Source of the DNA: Mucisphaera sp.
Lineage (GTDB): Bacteria; Planctomycetota; Phycisphaerae; Phycisphaerales; Phycisphaeraceae
Direction: 5' to 3'
Length of the DNA stretch: 64,000 bases
Assembly (NCBI RefSeq): GCF_965279675.1
Contig: NZ_CBDIIJ010000002.1
Span: 2,229,296-2,293,295, forward strand
Shown here: in pieces, positions 38,663 to 52,600 of the stretch
Layout of the letters: the number at the start of each line of letters is the position of its first letter
Numbering within the stretch: position 1 is the first letter of the stretch
Notes under the pieces: model-generated
What the model was told of the DNA's origin: nothing
The model's input: only the letters and a program-made list of their open reading frames with translations
The model's database searches: none
Translations under genes and position numbers: made by a program

Positions 38663-40558
38663 ATGATCCGCTCAAACAACAACCCCGCAAACAACCCCAC
38701 CGGCCTCGAAAACACCGACTGCACCCTCCCGCCCGTTGGCCACAACCCCGGCACCGAACCCAACGCCACCACCCCCGGCTCCTTCGCCCACGAGCCCCGC
38801 GTCGGCACCCCCTGGTCCTTCGCCTCCCGCGACACCACCGGCATGCCCGCTCCCTCAAGCAAAACCGCCTGGGACTTCCTCCCCGACGGCTGGACCCTCG
38901 AAGCCTCCCCCGATCACCAAACCGGCTGCGCCGGCCACAACCACACCGATATCGGCACCCACCTCCGCGCTGTCGCACCCGAAGGCTTTCAGCCCATCAC
39001 CCAACTCGAGCACGCGCGCCTCGGCACCATCACCCCGCAGATGCAACGCGTCGCCGAACGCGAACCCCACCTCACCCCCGCCCAGGTCCGGGATGAAGTC
39101 GCCGCTGGACGCATGGTCATCCCCGCCAACACCACCCACCTCAAACACAAGCTCGACCCGATGTGCATCGGCCGCGCCAGCAAAACCAAGATCAACGCCA
39201 ACATGGGAGCCTCCCCAGTCTCCTCCGGCACCGATGAGGAAGTCGAAAAACTCCACTGGGCAGAACGCTGGGGCGCCGACACCGTCATGGACCTCTCAAC
39301 AGGCGGCGACCTCGACGCCTGCCGCGAAGCCCTCATCCACAACAGCACCACCCCCATCGGCACGGTCCCCATCTACTCCATGATCATCGGCAAGAAGATC
39401 GAAGACCTCGACGAAGCCATGATCCTCGACACCGTCACCCACCAGGCCCGCCAAGGCGTCGACTACTTCACCATCCACGCAGGCCTCCTCAAGGAGCACC
39501 TCCCCCTCGCCAAAAACCGACTCATCGGACTCGTCTCCCGGGGCGGGTCCCTCCTCGCCAAATGGATGCTCACCCACAACGCCGAAAACCCCATGAACAC
39601 CGCATGGGAAAAGATCTGCCAGATCATGCGCGAGCACGATGTCACCTTTTCCATCGGCGACGGCTGCCGCCCAGGCGGACTCGCCGACGCCACCGACGCC
39701 CTCCAGCTCGCCGAACTCGTCGAAATCGGCAGGCTCACCGAACGCGCCTGGAAGCAAGGCGTCCAGGTCATGGTCGAAGGCCCCGGACACGTCCCCTTCG
39801 ATCAGATCGAGTTCAACATGAAGGCCCAGCGAACCCTCTGCCACGGCGCGCCCTTCTACGTCCTCGGCCCCCTCGTCACCGACATCTTCCCCGGCTACGA
39901 CCACATCACCTCCTGCATCGGAGCCACCGCCGCCGCCTTCCACGGCGCCTCCATGCTCTGCTACGTCACCCCCAAAGAACACCTCGGCCTGCCCAAGAAA
40001 GACGACGTCAAGCAAGGCTGCATCGCCTACAAGATCGCCGCCCACGCCGCCGACGTCGCCCTCGGCATCCCCGGCAGCCGAACCCCGGACGACGAACTCA
40101 CCAAGGCCCGCGCCGCCCTCAACTGGGAAAAACACTTCGAACTCAGTTTCGACCCCGACACCGCCCGCGCCTACCACGACGAAGACCTCGACGTCGACAC
40201 CGACTTCTGCGCCATGTGCGGGCACGACTGGTGCTCCGTCCGCATCTCCAAGGAAATCCAGGACTGGGCCTCAGGCAAAGCCGAAGGCTTCGAGCGCGAG
40301 AAGGTCATCAAGTCCGCCGCCCTCACCGACGAACAACGCCAGATCCTCGAACAACGAGGCGTCCTCTCCCCCGAAGAAATCCACAAACTCGCCTCCAAAA
40401 CCAAGAAGGCCGTCCCTACTGCCGATGAAGACGGCAAAGCCGCATGCCACTCCGACTACGTCGACCCCGAAACCGCCAAAAAACTCCAGGACGAAAAACT
40501 CGTCCAGGTCGACGTCCGCCCCGCTCTCGGCCTATCCAAAAACGACTCGGTGATCTGA
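38663..40558 (+). CDS. thiC: phosphomethylpyrimidine synthase ThiC
   Basis: ATG at 38663 preceded by GGAGG; the ORF track start at 38525 lies inside the riboswitch. Conserved blocks [26 protein letters not shown] and a C-terminal [10 protein letters not shown] Fe-S motif. Confidence 0.93.
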   Translation: MIRSNNNPANNPTGLENTDCTLPPVGHNPGTEPNATTPGSFAHEPRVGTPWSFASRDTTGMPAPSSKTAWDFLPDGWTLEASPDHQTGCAGHNHTDIGTHLRAVAPEGFQPITQLEHARLGTITPQMQRVAEREPHLTPAQVRDEVAAGRMVIPANTTHLKHKLDPMCIGRASKTKINANMGASPVSSGTDEEVEKLHWAERWGADTVMDLSTGGDLDACREALIHNSTTPIGTVPIYSMIIGKKIEDLDEAMILDTVTHQARQGVDYFTIHAGLLKEHLPLAKNRLIGLVSRGGSLLAKWMLTHNAENPMNTAWEKICQIMREHDVTFSIGDGCRPGGLADATDALQLAELVEIGRLTERAWKQGVQVMVEGPGHVPFDQIEFNMKAQRTLCHGAPFYVLGPLVTDIFPGYDHITSCIGATAAAFHGASMLCYVTPKEHLGLPKKDDVKQGCIAYKIAAHAADVALGIPGSRTPDDELTKARAALNWEKHFELSFDPDTARAYHDEDLDVDTDFCAMCGHDWCSVRISKEIQDWASGKAEGFEREKVIKSAALTDEQRQILEQRGVLSPEEIHKLASKTKKAVPTADEDGKAACHSDYVDPETAKKLQDEKLVQVDVRPALGLSKNDSVI

Positions 40559-40773
40559 GAGCGATTGACCTCTCGACCAAGAATGTGACTGGAACCAGGA
40601 AAACTCTGTTCCTGTGTAGTCTCCACAGGTACGCTAGAGGTGCATGATCGTACATTTATCTCTGGAGAAGCCATGATGTCTCCGAGCAGTCAATAGGCTC
40701 GAGATGAGCGTACTGAGACAGCTATGGCGTCAAAGTACGGCTTCACCAGGTGCTCTACGTTGGAGGAGGCAGA

Positions 40774-43734
40774 ATGCGTAAAGGGTCAATCAGTCTCATC
40801 AAGAAAACCGCGCTCGGGTCATACTTTGCCACAAGTGCGACAATAAGCCTGGCCCTGGCCTTGGCCACACCCTGCAAGGCTGCGGAGCGCTACTTCATCG
40901 ACGTGTCGGGCAGCGGGGTCTGGAGCACGGCCTCGGACTGGTCGCCAGCCGGCGTGCCGACAGCAGCGGACGATGTTGTGTTCAACAACGCTTCGACATA
41001 CGCCTTAGGACCGGGTGTGACCGACATGTTCACTCGCAACCTGACGGTGACTAACGGCGACGTCACGCTGTTCGGCTTCGGAGGCGGTGGCTTCACCGAC
41101 CTGACCATCACAGAGACGCTCACGGTCGCGGGATTCGGAACGAGCCCGCGCTTGACGGTGGGTTCCGCGTCGTGGCGAGGCCTCGCACAAGCGAATGTCA
41201 TCAACGTGGGTTCGGGGTTCGGGGGCACTGCCGAGCTGGCGATCGGCGTACCGGGCGTGCTGACAGCTGGGACAGTCACGGTCGGCGGAGGGGCTTCGTC
41301 GGGTCGGATCGTCTTGGACATCGTAGGGGCCGACGGGTCGTTGCCGCCGGAGAGCCTGGTCGCGACGGACCTCACGGTGGGCAGTGCGTCCGGGACGGGG
41401 GTGTCCGGTGAGTTCCTGAGTTCGACCCGGTCGTTGGGCAGGTACTCTGCGGATGTGACGAACCATCTGCTCATCGACACGACAGGGCGGGTGGCGATTG
41501 ACGGGTTCATCACGGCGAGCACGGCCACGGTCAAGGGCGCTTTTGATCGCGGAGCGTCGTCGTTCGATCGGGCACGTCTGGAAGTGGCGAACACGCTGAC
41601 GTGGGACACGGCCAACACGGTCGCCACGAACGAGAAGCTGGACGCGGGGACAGTGCAACTGGCGTCGAATCTGCTCCTGGGGAACGGTTCGGTGCGAGCG
41701 GGGTCCCTCGCGGGGACGGGTCTGGTGCAGTTCACCGGCGGCGCGGGCATCCTGTCCCTGGCCGGTGACCTCCCCATCGACGGGAGCGTTAACGCTCGGC
41801 TTGGGTCGAGCTTCTCAGGCTCGCTGAGCCGGCGTCTGTTCGTCGCGGGAACGCTGAGTGTGGGTGGAAACGGAGGTGGGATGCTGACCGGCGCCAGCGA
41901 GGTACCGGTTACGTCAGGTGCGGGAGCGATTGGCAGCGGAGCTAACTCGGACGGGTTTACGGCATCGACCTTTTTCGCCGGCGCTAACGGCGGTTGGGAT
42001 CTCGAAGGTGATCTGGTCCTCGCCGACGACGTTTCAGCTAGCCTGACGGTCTCGCAAGGCAGCGAAGTGGGGGCGGGGGTCGAGGGTTTTGATTTATTCG
42101 AGGGCCCCACGTCCATCCCGACCTTCAACGGCTCACCCAATGCCGACATTGTGATAGGGGATGTCGGGGCGGGGACGCACACGGTGCTCGTGACAAACGC
42201 TGGTAGCAGGCTGTCTGCGGCGGACGACATCTTCATTGGTGGCACGAAGTCCGGGTCGGGTGGCAGCTCTCAAGTGACTGTGACTAATGGCGGCGAGTTG
42301 TCGGCGGGCGATACGATCACTGTGTGGGCCGGCGGGACGCTGGATGTGTCGCAGAATGGCACGGCGACCTTCGCTGCGCTCGACGTCCGAGGCACCGCCG
42401 ACTTCGGCGCGCAGACGCTGAACCCTGAAATGGGCGGCTACGCCATCGCCATGAACGGCGGGACCCTCGGGGCCGGTGTCGTCGACTTCGGCAACCTCCC
42501 ACTCAACGGTTCCGGCAACGTCGAAGCGGTCTTCACCACCCAGACCGACGTCACCGCCAAAGGCGACCTAACCCTTGGCGACGCCTCCGACTTCAACGGG
42601 GTGTCCATCGGGGGCACCCTCAACGTCGGGCCAAACACCGTCACGCTCAGGAAGGCCGGCTTCTTCACCCTCGGTAACGCCAACGTCGCCACCGAACCGG
42701 GCAGCCGCGTCGTCGCCGACAACGGCTTCCAACTCCCCGCTGGCGCCGCCTTCTTCGGGCAGGGCAATCTCCAGGGCCGCCTCGCCTCCAGCACCGGCTC
42801 GATCATCAGCCTCACCGGCGGCCTCGCAATCGGCGACGCAACCAACCCCGCCGGTGTTTTCCTTGACGGCGAACTCGACATCAAAGCCAACACCATCACC
42901 CTCAACGACAGCAACGACGCCGTCCTCGGCTCGCTCAGCACCCTGGGCGACGGCGCGGGCGCCGCCGGCGTCGTCATCGCTCAGAACGGCATCACCCTCG
43001 GATTCGGCCGCAACCTCGTCGGCCACGGCACTGTCCTGACACCCAATGACCCCTTCAAGCCCTTCATCAACAACGGCAACATCATCGGCGACGCACCGAC
43101 CAACCCCATCACGCTCACCGGATACGTCAAGGGCGTCGGCACCCTCGACAACGTCGTCATCACCGGCACCGACGCCCCCGGCTTCAGCCCCGCCACCGTC
43201 TATCGCGGCTCGGTCAGCTACCTGGGCACCCTCGAGATCGAACTCGGCGGCACCTCGCCCGGTTCCTTCGATCGTGTGGTTCACAGCGCAACCGCGGACA
43301 TAGGCGGCACCCTCGACCTCGCCCTGATCAACGGTTTCACACCCGACCTCGGCGACGCCTTCGAGATCATCACCGCCGCCGCTGTCGTCGACACCTTCGA
43401 TCACGTCTCGGGCGTCTCCGGCCCGGGCCTGCCCAGCGGCGCGGGCCTTGCAGTCACCTACACCTCGACCAGCATCCTCGTGACCGCAGCCCTTCTCGGC
43501 GACGCCAACCTCGATGGGACGGTCGATCTGATCGATCTCTCAGCGCTGGCCTCAAACTTTGGAGCAACAGCAGGCTGGGCGGGCGGCAGCTTCAACGGGG
43601 ACAACACCGTCGACCTCATCGACCTCTCGCTCCTCGCCTCTAACTTCGGCAACACCAACACCATCCCCGAACCCACCGCCGCCCTCATCCTCCTCGCTCT
43701 CGCCGCCACCCCTACACGCCCTCGCCACCTCTGA
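40774..43734 (+). CDS. large secreted beta-helix-like protein (autotransporter-associated beta-strand repeat-like) with dockerin-like repeats and a PEP-CTERM anchor
   Basis: GGAGGAGG precedes the ATG at 40774. Signal peptide (ATISLALALATPCKAAE). Gly/Thr/Val-rich repeats. C-terminus GDANLDGTVDLIDLSALASNFG...FNGDNTVDLIDLSLLASNFG then IPEPTAALILLALAATPTRPRHL. The 5' ~1.6 kb has inverted strand composition (see findings). Confidence 0.8.
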   Translation: MRKGSISLIKKTALGSYFATSATISLALALATPCKAAERYFIDVSGSGVWSTASDWSPAGVPTAADDVVFNNASTYALGPGVTDMFTRNLTVTNGDVTLFGFGGGGFTDLTITETLTVAGFGTSPRLTVGSASWRGLAQANVINVGSGFGGTAELAIGVPGVLTAGTVTVGGGASSGRIVLDIVGADGSLPPESLVATDLTVGSASGTGVSGEFLSSTRSLGRYSADVTNHLLIDTTGRVAIDGFITASTATVKGAFDRGASSFDRARLEVANTLTWDTANTVATNEKLDAGTVQLASNLLLGNGSVRAGSLAGTGLVQFTGGAGILSLAGDLPIDGSVNARLGSSFSGSLSRRLFVAGTLSVGGNGGGMLTGASEVPVTSGAGAIGSGANSDGFTASTFFAGANGGWDLEGDLVLADDVSASLTVSQGSEVGAGVEGFDLFEGPTSIPTFNGSPNADIVIGDVGAGTHTVLVTNAGSRLSAADDIFIGGTKSGSGGSSQVTVTNGGELSAGDTITVWAGGTLDVSQNGTATFAALDVRGTADFGAQTLNPEMGGYAIAMNGGTLGAGVVDFGNLPLNGSGNVEAVFTTQTDVTAKGDLTLGDASDFNGVSIGGTLNVGPNTVTLRKAGFFTLGNANVATEPGSRVVADNGFQLPAGAAFFGQGNLQGRLASSTGSIISLTGGLAIGDATNPAGVFLDGELDIKANTITLNDSNDAVLGSLSTLGDGAGAAGVVIAQNGITLGFGRNLVGHGTVLTPNDPFKPFINNGNIIGDAPTNPITLTGYVKGVGTLDNVVITGTDAPGFSPATVYRGSVSYLGTLEIELGGTSPGSFDRVVHSATADIGGTLDLALINGFTPDLGDAFEIITAAAVVDTFDHVSGVSGPGLPSGAGLAVTYTSTSILVTAALLGDANLDGTVDLIDLSALASNFGATAGWAGGSFNGDNTVDLIDLSLLASNFGNTNTIPEPTAALILLALAATPTRPRHL

Positions 43735-43746
43735 CATAATCCCCCC

Positions 43747-45060
43747 ATGCACCCAGGGCTCCTGCTAAGCCTCCTCGCCTTGGCCTGCCTCACCGCCTGC
43801 ACCCACACCGCGCCCACCCCAACCCCAAACACAACCACCGTGCCCCAAGACCCCAACGCTCAAGCGATCACCGCAAGCATCGACCGCACCCTCGCCTTCT
43901 GGCACGAGACCATTGATCACCACCAAGGCGGCTACAACACCACCGCCCCCAACCTCCCCGAAACCAAACGCCTCACCCTCAGCCAGGCCCGACTCGTCTG
44001 GACCTTCGCCACCGCCCACCTCGAAGGCCACTCCACCCCCGACCGCGACTACCTCGCCGCCGCCAGACACGGCTACCGCTACCTCAATCAAAACCTCCGC
44101 GACCCCACCACCCACACCCACCCCTGGTCCGTCACCCCCGCTGGCGAAACCATCGAGTCCGGCCGCGACCTCTACAGCCTCGCCTTCACCATCTACGCCT
44201 ATTCAGCCTACGCCCGAGCCGCCAACGACCCCGAGCCCCTCAACCAGGCCCGCCACCTCCTCCACTGGATCGAAGAACACCTCCACGATCCCACCGCCAT
44301 CAGCTGGCACGAACTCGCCGAACCCGATGGCACCCCCATCCTGACCCAGGAAGACGCCGAAGGCCTAGGCGGCATCGCCCGCCCACCTTACCGATCCGCC
44401 AACGCCATCCTCCACCTCCTCGAAGCCCTCAACGAATACCTCCTCGCCCGACCCAACGACCCCCTCGCCCGCGACATGGTCGCCCGCGCCCACGACATCC
44501 TCACCACGTACATCTACCCCCTGAACCCCGAAGACGCTGCCGAGTGGACCCTCCCCGACGGCCAGCACGTCCCCGACGAACCCCGCATCCTCTCCCTCGG
44601 CCACAACGTCGAAGCCGCCTGGCTCCTCGCCGAAACCGACGAACGCCTCGGCCGCACACCCAACCTGGCCATAATCGATACCTACCTCCGCCACGCCGAC
44701 CGCTTCGCCACCACCTTCATCCCCACCGCCGTCCACGCTCAATCACAAGAGACCCCGAAATCGCCAGCCGAAAGAATCGTGCAACCCAGCAGGGCGGTCT
44801 GGTGGGTCCAGGCCGAATACCTCGCCGCCGTCGCCTTCGGAGCCGAACGCCAGGCCTGGCCGATCGATCGCGCCGTTCCCATCCTCGACTGGTACCAGAA
44901 CCACCAAATCGATCTCGAAACCGCCGTCCCCTACACCCTCGTCAACACCGACGGCGAGCCAGCCGAAGGCGTCGGCCCCTCCATCTGGAAAGCCGCCTAC
45001 CACGACCTCCGCATGCGCTGGATGCTCCGCCGAGCCCTCAACCAGCAACCTCAGCCCTGA
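43747..45060 (+). CDS. N-acylglucosamine 2-epimerase (AGE) superfamily lipoprotein
   Basis: Lipobox LTAC. (alpha/alpha)6-barrel AGE-like blocks (GGY, LYSLAFTIYAYSAY, GHNVEAAWLL, WWVQAE). Starts 12 nt after the upstream stop. Confidence 0.7.
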   Translation: MHPGLLLSLLALACLTACTHTAPTPTPNTTTVPQDPNAQAITASIDRTLAFWHETIDHHQGGYNTTAPNLPETKRLTLSQARLVWTFATAHLEGHSTPDRDYLAAARHGYRYLNQNLRDPTTHTHPWSVTPAGETIESGRDLYSLAFTIYAYSAYARAANDPEPLNQARHLLHWIEEHLHDPTAISWHELAEPDGTPILTQEDAEGLGGIARPPYRSANAILHLLEALNEYLLARPNDPLARDMVARAHDILTTYIYPLNPEDAAEWTLPDGQHVPDEPRILSLGHNVEAAWLLAETDERLGRTPNLAIIDTYLRHADRFATTFIPTAVHAQSQETPKSPAERIVQPSRAVWWVQAEYLAAVAFGAERQAWPIDRAVPILDWYQNHQIDLETAVPYTLVNTDGEPAEGVGPSIWKAAYHDLRMRWMLRRALNQQPQP

Positions 45061-45170
45061 GTCACGAAGATCTTTCAACACCATCAGGAGCGCAGCTGAC
45101 ATAAGCAACGGCTGGCCGCGGTTCAAAATCATGTATTCAAAGTCTGGAAGCAGGGGGGGTAAAGGGGTGC

Positions 45171-45440
45171 TTAGCGCAACTCTCGCTCAGCCAAGAGCTT
45201 AGCAAGCTGCTCCTTAGCCAGACCCTCAAGCGTCTCCAGACGCTTCAGGTGCCCCTCCGTCTCCTTCAGCAGCTCGGCCGGAATCGGATCTTTAGCCCGA
45301 AGCTTCTCCAGCTTCGCATGCAAAGGCGGCTGATCCGCCTGAAGACTCGAAATCTTCTTCTGAAGCTCCGGAACCGTCATCCGCTTAATCTTCGCCAGCG
45401 AAGGCGACGGCTCGCCTAACAACATCGGATACCGCGGCAT
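45171..45440 (-). CDS. small hypothetical coiled-coil protein
   Basis: 89 aa from the ATG at 45438-45440 (MPRYPMLLGEP...). Lys/Glu/Leu heptad-like sequence. No homology recognised. The longer 141-aa version adds an Arg-rich N-terminus that looks non-coding. Confidence 0.35.
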   Translation of the reverse strand: MPRYPMLLGEPSPSLAKIKRMTVPELQKKISSLQADQPPLHAKLEKLRAKDPIPAELLKETEGHLKRLETLEGLAKEQLAKLLAERELR

Positions 45441-45680
45441 CGACGCACGCTCAGTGCGTGGCGGAGCCGAAGTCTGCGTTCGATTCAGACGAAAACGCCT
45501 GCGTTCCATAAAGTCATCTCGTTTCCGGGGACAAGCCCGCATCCTACACACAAAACCCTCTGCCGTCCCACATAACCTTAGCCGCACCGCAGACAATTCC
45601 TACGGGGGTTTTCATCCAATCCGAGCCGCTGCCACCAAGCCCGATAACCCACGGCCCAACCAAACTTTCAACCCGTCCGC

Positions 45681-45709
45681 TTGCAACCTGCTACAGTCTT
45701 CACTACACT
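45681..45709 (+). promoter_or_regulatory. candidate sigma70-type promoter of rpoBC
   Basis: TTGCAA, 17-nt spacer, TACACT, about 90 nt upstream of the rpoB ATG. Sequence match only. Confidence 0.4.
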
Positions 45710-45797
45710 ACTTCGTTCGGCGTGGAAGGGCTATGATCGCGACCCGGCTGCAACCCTGTCCATCCTATATCACTCTACCCGAAGATCGAGGGCCTCG

Positions 45798-49595
<3,798 letters not shown>

Positions 49596-49667
49596 CACCG
49601 CAACGCCCGAAACGTCACCACACGGACCGAAACTTTCACGCTCAAACCTCACGGAGCGTCTCAGAAC

Positions 49668-52600
49668 ATGGCTGAACAACTCTTCGATCGCGTTAACGAC
49701 TTCTCCAAGGTCAAAATCAACCTCGCCAGCCCCAACGACATCCGCTCGTGGTCGTTCGGCGAAGTCAAGAAGCCCGAGACCATCAACTACAGAACCTACC
49801 GCCCCGAAAAGGACGGCCTGTTCTGTGAACGCATCTTCGGCCCGGAACGCGACTACGAATGCGCCTGCGGCAAGTACAAAGGCACCAAGTTCAAAGGCAT
49901 CATCTGCGACCGCTGTGGCGTCAAAGTCACCCACTCCCGCGTCCGCCGCAAACGTATGGGCCATATCAACCTCGCCGCCCCTATCATCCACATCTGGTTC
50001 TTCAAGGCCATCCCCTCACACCTCGGCAACCTCCTGGGCATGAAGACGTCCGACCTCGAGAAGGTCATCTACTTCCAGGACTACGTCGTTGTCGAGCCGG
50101 GCGACACCCCCCTCAAGGAAAAGCAGATCCTCACCGAGGACGACTACCGCCACGCCATCTCCGAGTACGGCCGCGGCTTCACCGCCATGATGGGCGCCGA
50201 AGCCATCAAGGAACTCCTCGCCCGACTCGACCTCGGACCCCTCGCCGCCGAACTCCGTGAAGAACTCAACGCGACCAAATCCAAGCAGAAGATCAAGGAC
50301 CTCTCCAAACGACTCAAGATCGTCGAGCAGATCCGCCACTCCGAGAACGACCCCAGCTGGATGGTCATGGATGTCACCCCCGTCATCCCGCCCGACCTCC
50401 GCCCCCTCGTCCTCCTCGACTCCGGCAACTTCGCCACCTCCGACCTCAACGACCTCTACCGCCGGATCATCAACCGCAACAACCGCCTCAAGAAGCTGAT
50501 GGACCTCAACGCCCCCGAGGTCATCATCCGCAACGAGAAGCGAATGCTCCAGCAGTCCGTCGATGCCCTCTTCGACAACGGCCGCTGCCGCCGACCCGTC
50601 CTCGGCTCTTCCAACCGCCCACTCAAGTCACTCACCGACATGATCAAGGGCAAGCAGGGTCGCTTCCGCGAAAACCTCCTCGGCAAACGCGTCGACTACT
50701 CCGCGCGTTCCGTCATCGTCGTCGGACCCGAACTCAAGCTCCACCAGTGCGGTCTCCCCAAAAAGATCGCACTCGAGCTCTACCAGCCCTTCATCATCCG
50801 CAAGCTCAAAGAGCACGGACTGGTCGACACCATCAAGTCCGCCAAGAAAATGCTCGAGCGCCGCGACCCCGAAGTCTGGGACATCCTCGAGGAAGTCATC
50901 GACCAGCACCCGGTGCTCCTCAACCGCGCCCCAACCCTGCACCGCATGGGTATCCAGGCCTTCGAACCCGTCCTCGTCGAGGGCAACGCCATCCGCATCC
51001 ACCCGCTCGTCTGCTCCGGCTTCAACGCCGACTTCGACGGTGACCAGATGGCCGTTCACCTGCCCCTCTCCGTCGAGGCCCAGGCCGAAGCCCACATCCT
51101 CATGCTCTCCCCGCACAACATCTTCTCCCCCGCACACGGCGGCCCCATCATCTCCGCCGGCCAGGACATCGTCTACGGCATCTACTACATGACCCTGATG
51201 CCCGATACGCTCTCCGAAGAGATCATCCACGAACTCGTCACCCGCTCCGGAAACCTCTCCGATGAGCAGGTCGAGATCATGCGCAACATCCCCGACTTCC
51301 GAAACGAAGCCGAAGCCTTCATGGCCTACGACCTCCGGAAGATCACTCTCCACGATCCCATCGTCGTACGCCTCGACCCCGAGCGATACACCGGCCAGGT
51401 CACTAACGAGAAAGACCAGCCAGAACCCCTCCCCGAAACCAACCGCATCGTCACCTCCGTCGGCCGACTCATCTTCAACGAGATGCTCGCCGACCAGATG
51501 CCCTACTACAACTGCGCACTCGGCAAGCGTGGCTGCAGCCGCGTGATCGACGAGACCTACGCCAGCAACGGCCGCCCCGCCACCATCGACCTGCTCGATG
51601 CCATGAAGTCCATGGGCTTCCGCTCAGCGACCACCGCCGGCCTCTCCCTCGCCATCACCGACCTCCGCATCCCCGAGCGCAAGCAGGACATCCTCGACGC
51701 CACCCAGAAGAAGGTCGACCGCGTCGAAAAGGCCTACAACGCCGGTGCCCTCACCGAGCGCGAACGCTACAACCAGCTCGTTGACCTCTGGACGCACTGC
51801 CGCGAAGAGATCACCAAGCAGGTCGTCGAAGAAATGAAACGCGACCGCCGCGACGAAGAAGGCCGTCACGTCTCCATCGACGACCCCGCCGGCCAGATCT
51901 ACCTCAACCCAGCATGGGTCGAAGTCGAATCCGGCGCCCGCGGCAAGATCGGCCAGCTCCAGCAGCTCGCCGGCATGCGTGGTCTCATGGCCAAGCCCTC
52001 AGGCGAAATCATCGAGACCCCCATCCGCGCCAACGCCCGTGAAGGCCTCTCCGTCCTCGAGTACTTCTCCTCGACACACGGCGCCCGTAAGGGTCTGGCC
52101 GACACCGCCCTCAAGACCGCCGACTCCGGCTACCTCACCCGCAAGCTCTGCGACGTCGCCCAGAACATGTTCATCACCCAGAACGACTGCGGCACCCGCA
52201 ACGGCATCACCAAACGAGCCCTCTACAAGGGCGAGGAAATCGACATCCCGCTCCGCGATCAGGTCGTCGGACGATCCGCCCGCGAAACCATCCGAAACCC
52301 CATCACCGACGAACTCATCGTCGAGGAAAACCAGAACATCACCGAGGAAATCGCCCGCAAGATCGAGGCCCTCGGCATCGACACCGTCAACGTCCGCTCG
52401 CCCCTCACCTGTGAGGCCCGCGAAGGCATCTGCTCCACGTGCTACGGCATCGACATGTCCACCGGCAAGACCGTCGAACGCGGGCTCGCCGTCGGCATCA
52501 TCGCCGCCGAATCCATCGGCGAGCCCGGCACCCAGCTGACGATGCGGACCTTCCACACCGGTGGCGTCGCCACCACCTCCGCCGTCGAGACGTCCAACGT

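Noticed and set aside
40559-40773. Small RNA or leader peptides in the AT-richer spacer upstream of the PEP-CTERM gene
   Set aside because: I saw only short hairpins (GGAAC...GTTCC, CCTGTG...CACAGG) and 7-10 codon mini-ORFs with no RBS or terminator. This is reported as part of the skew-reversed patch rather than as a separate RNA gene.
40890-42245. 451-aa - strand ORF inside the skew-reversed patch, as an alternative real gene
   Set aside because: Its translation is Pro/Ser/Thr/Ala/Arg low complexity with no signal peptide or motif. The + frame has an RBS, a signal peptide and beta-helix-like repeats, and it continues in frame into the PEP-CTERM module.
45441-45596. Longer 141-aa version of the small - strand ORF
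   Set aside because: The extra 52 residues are Arg/Cys-rich with no structure or RBS support. The Lys/Glu coiled-coil part starts at the internal ATG. Even the short version is low confidence.
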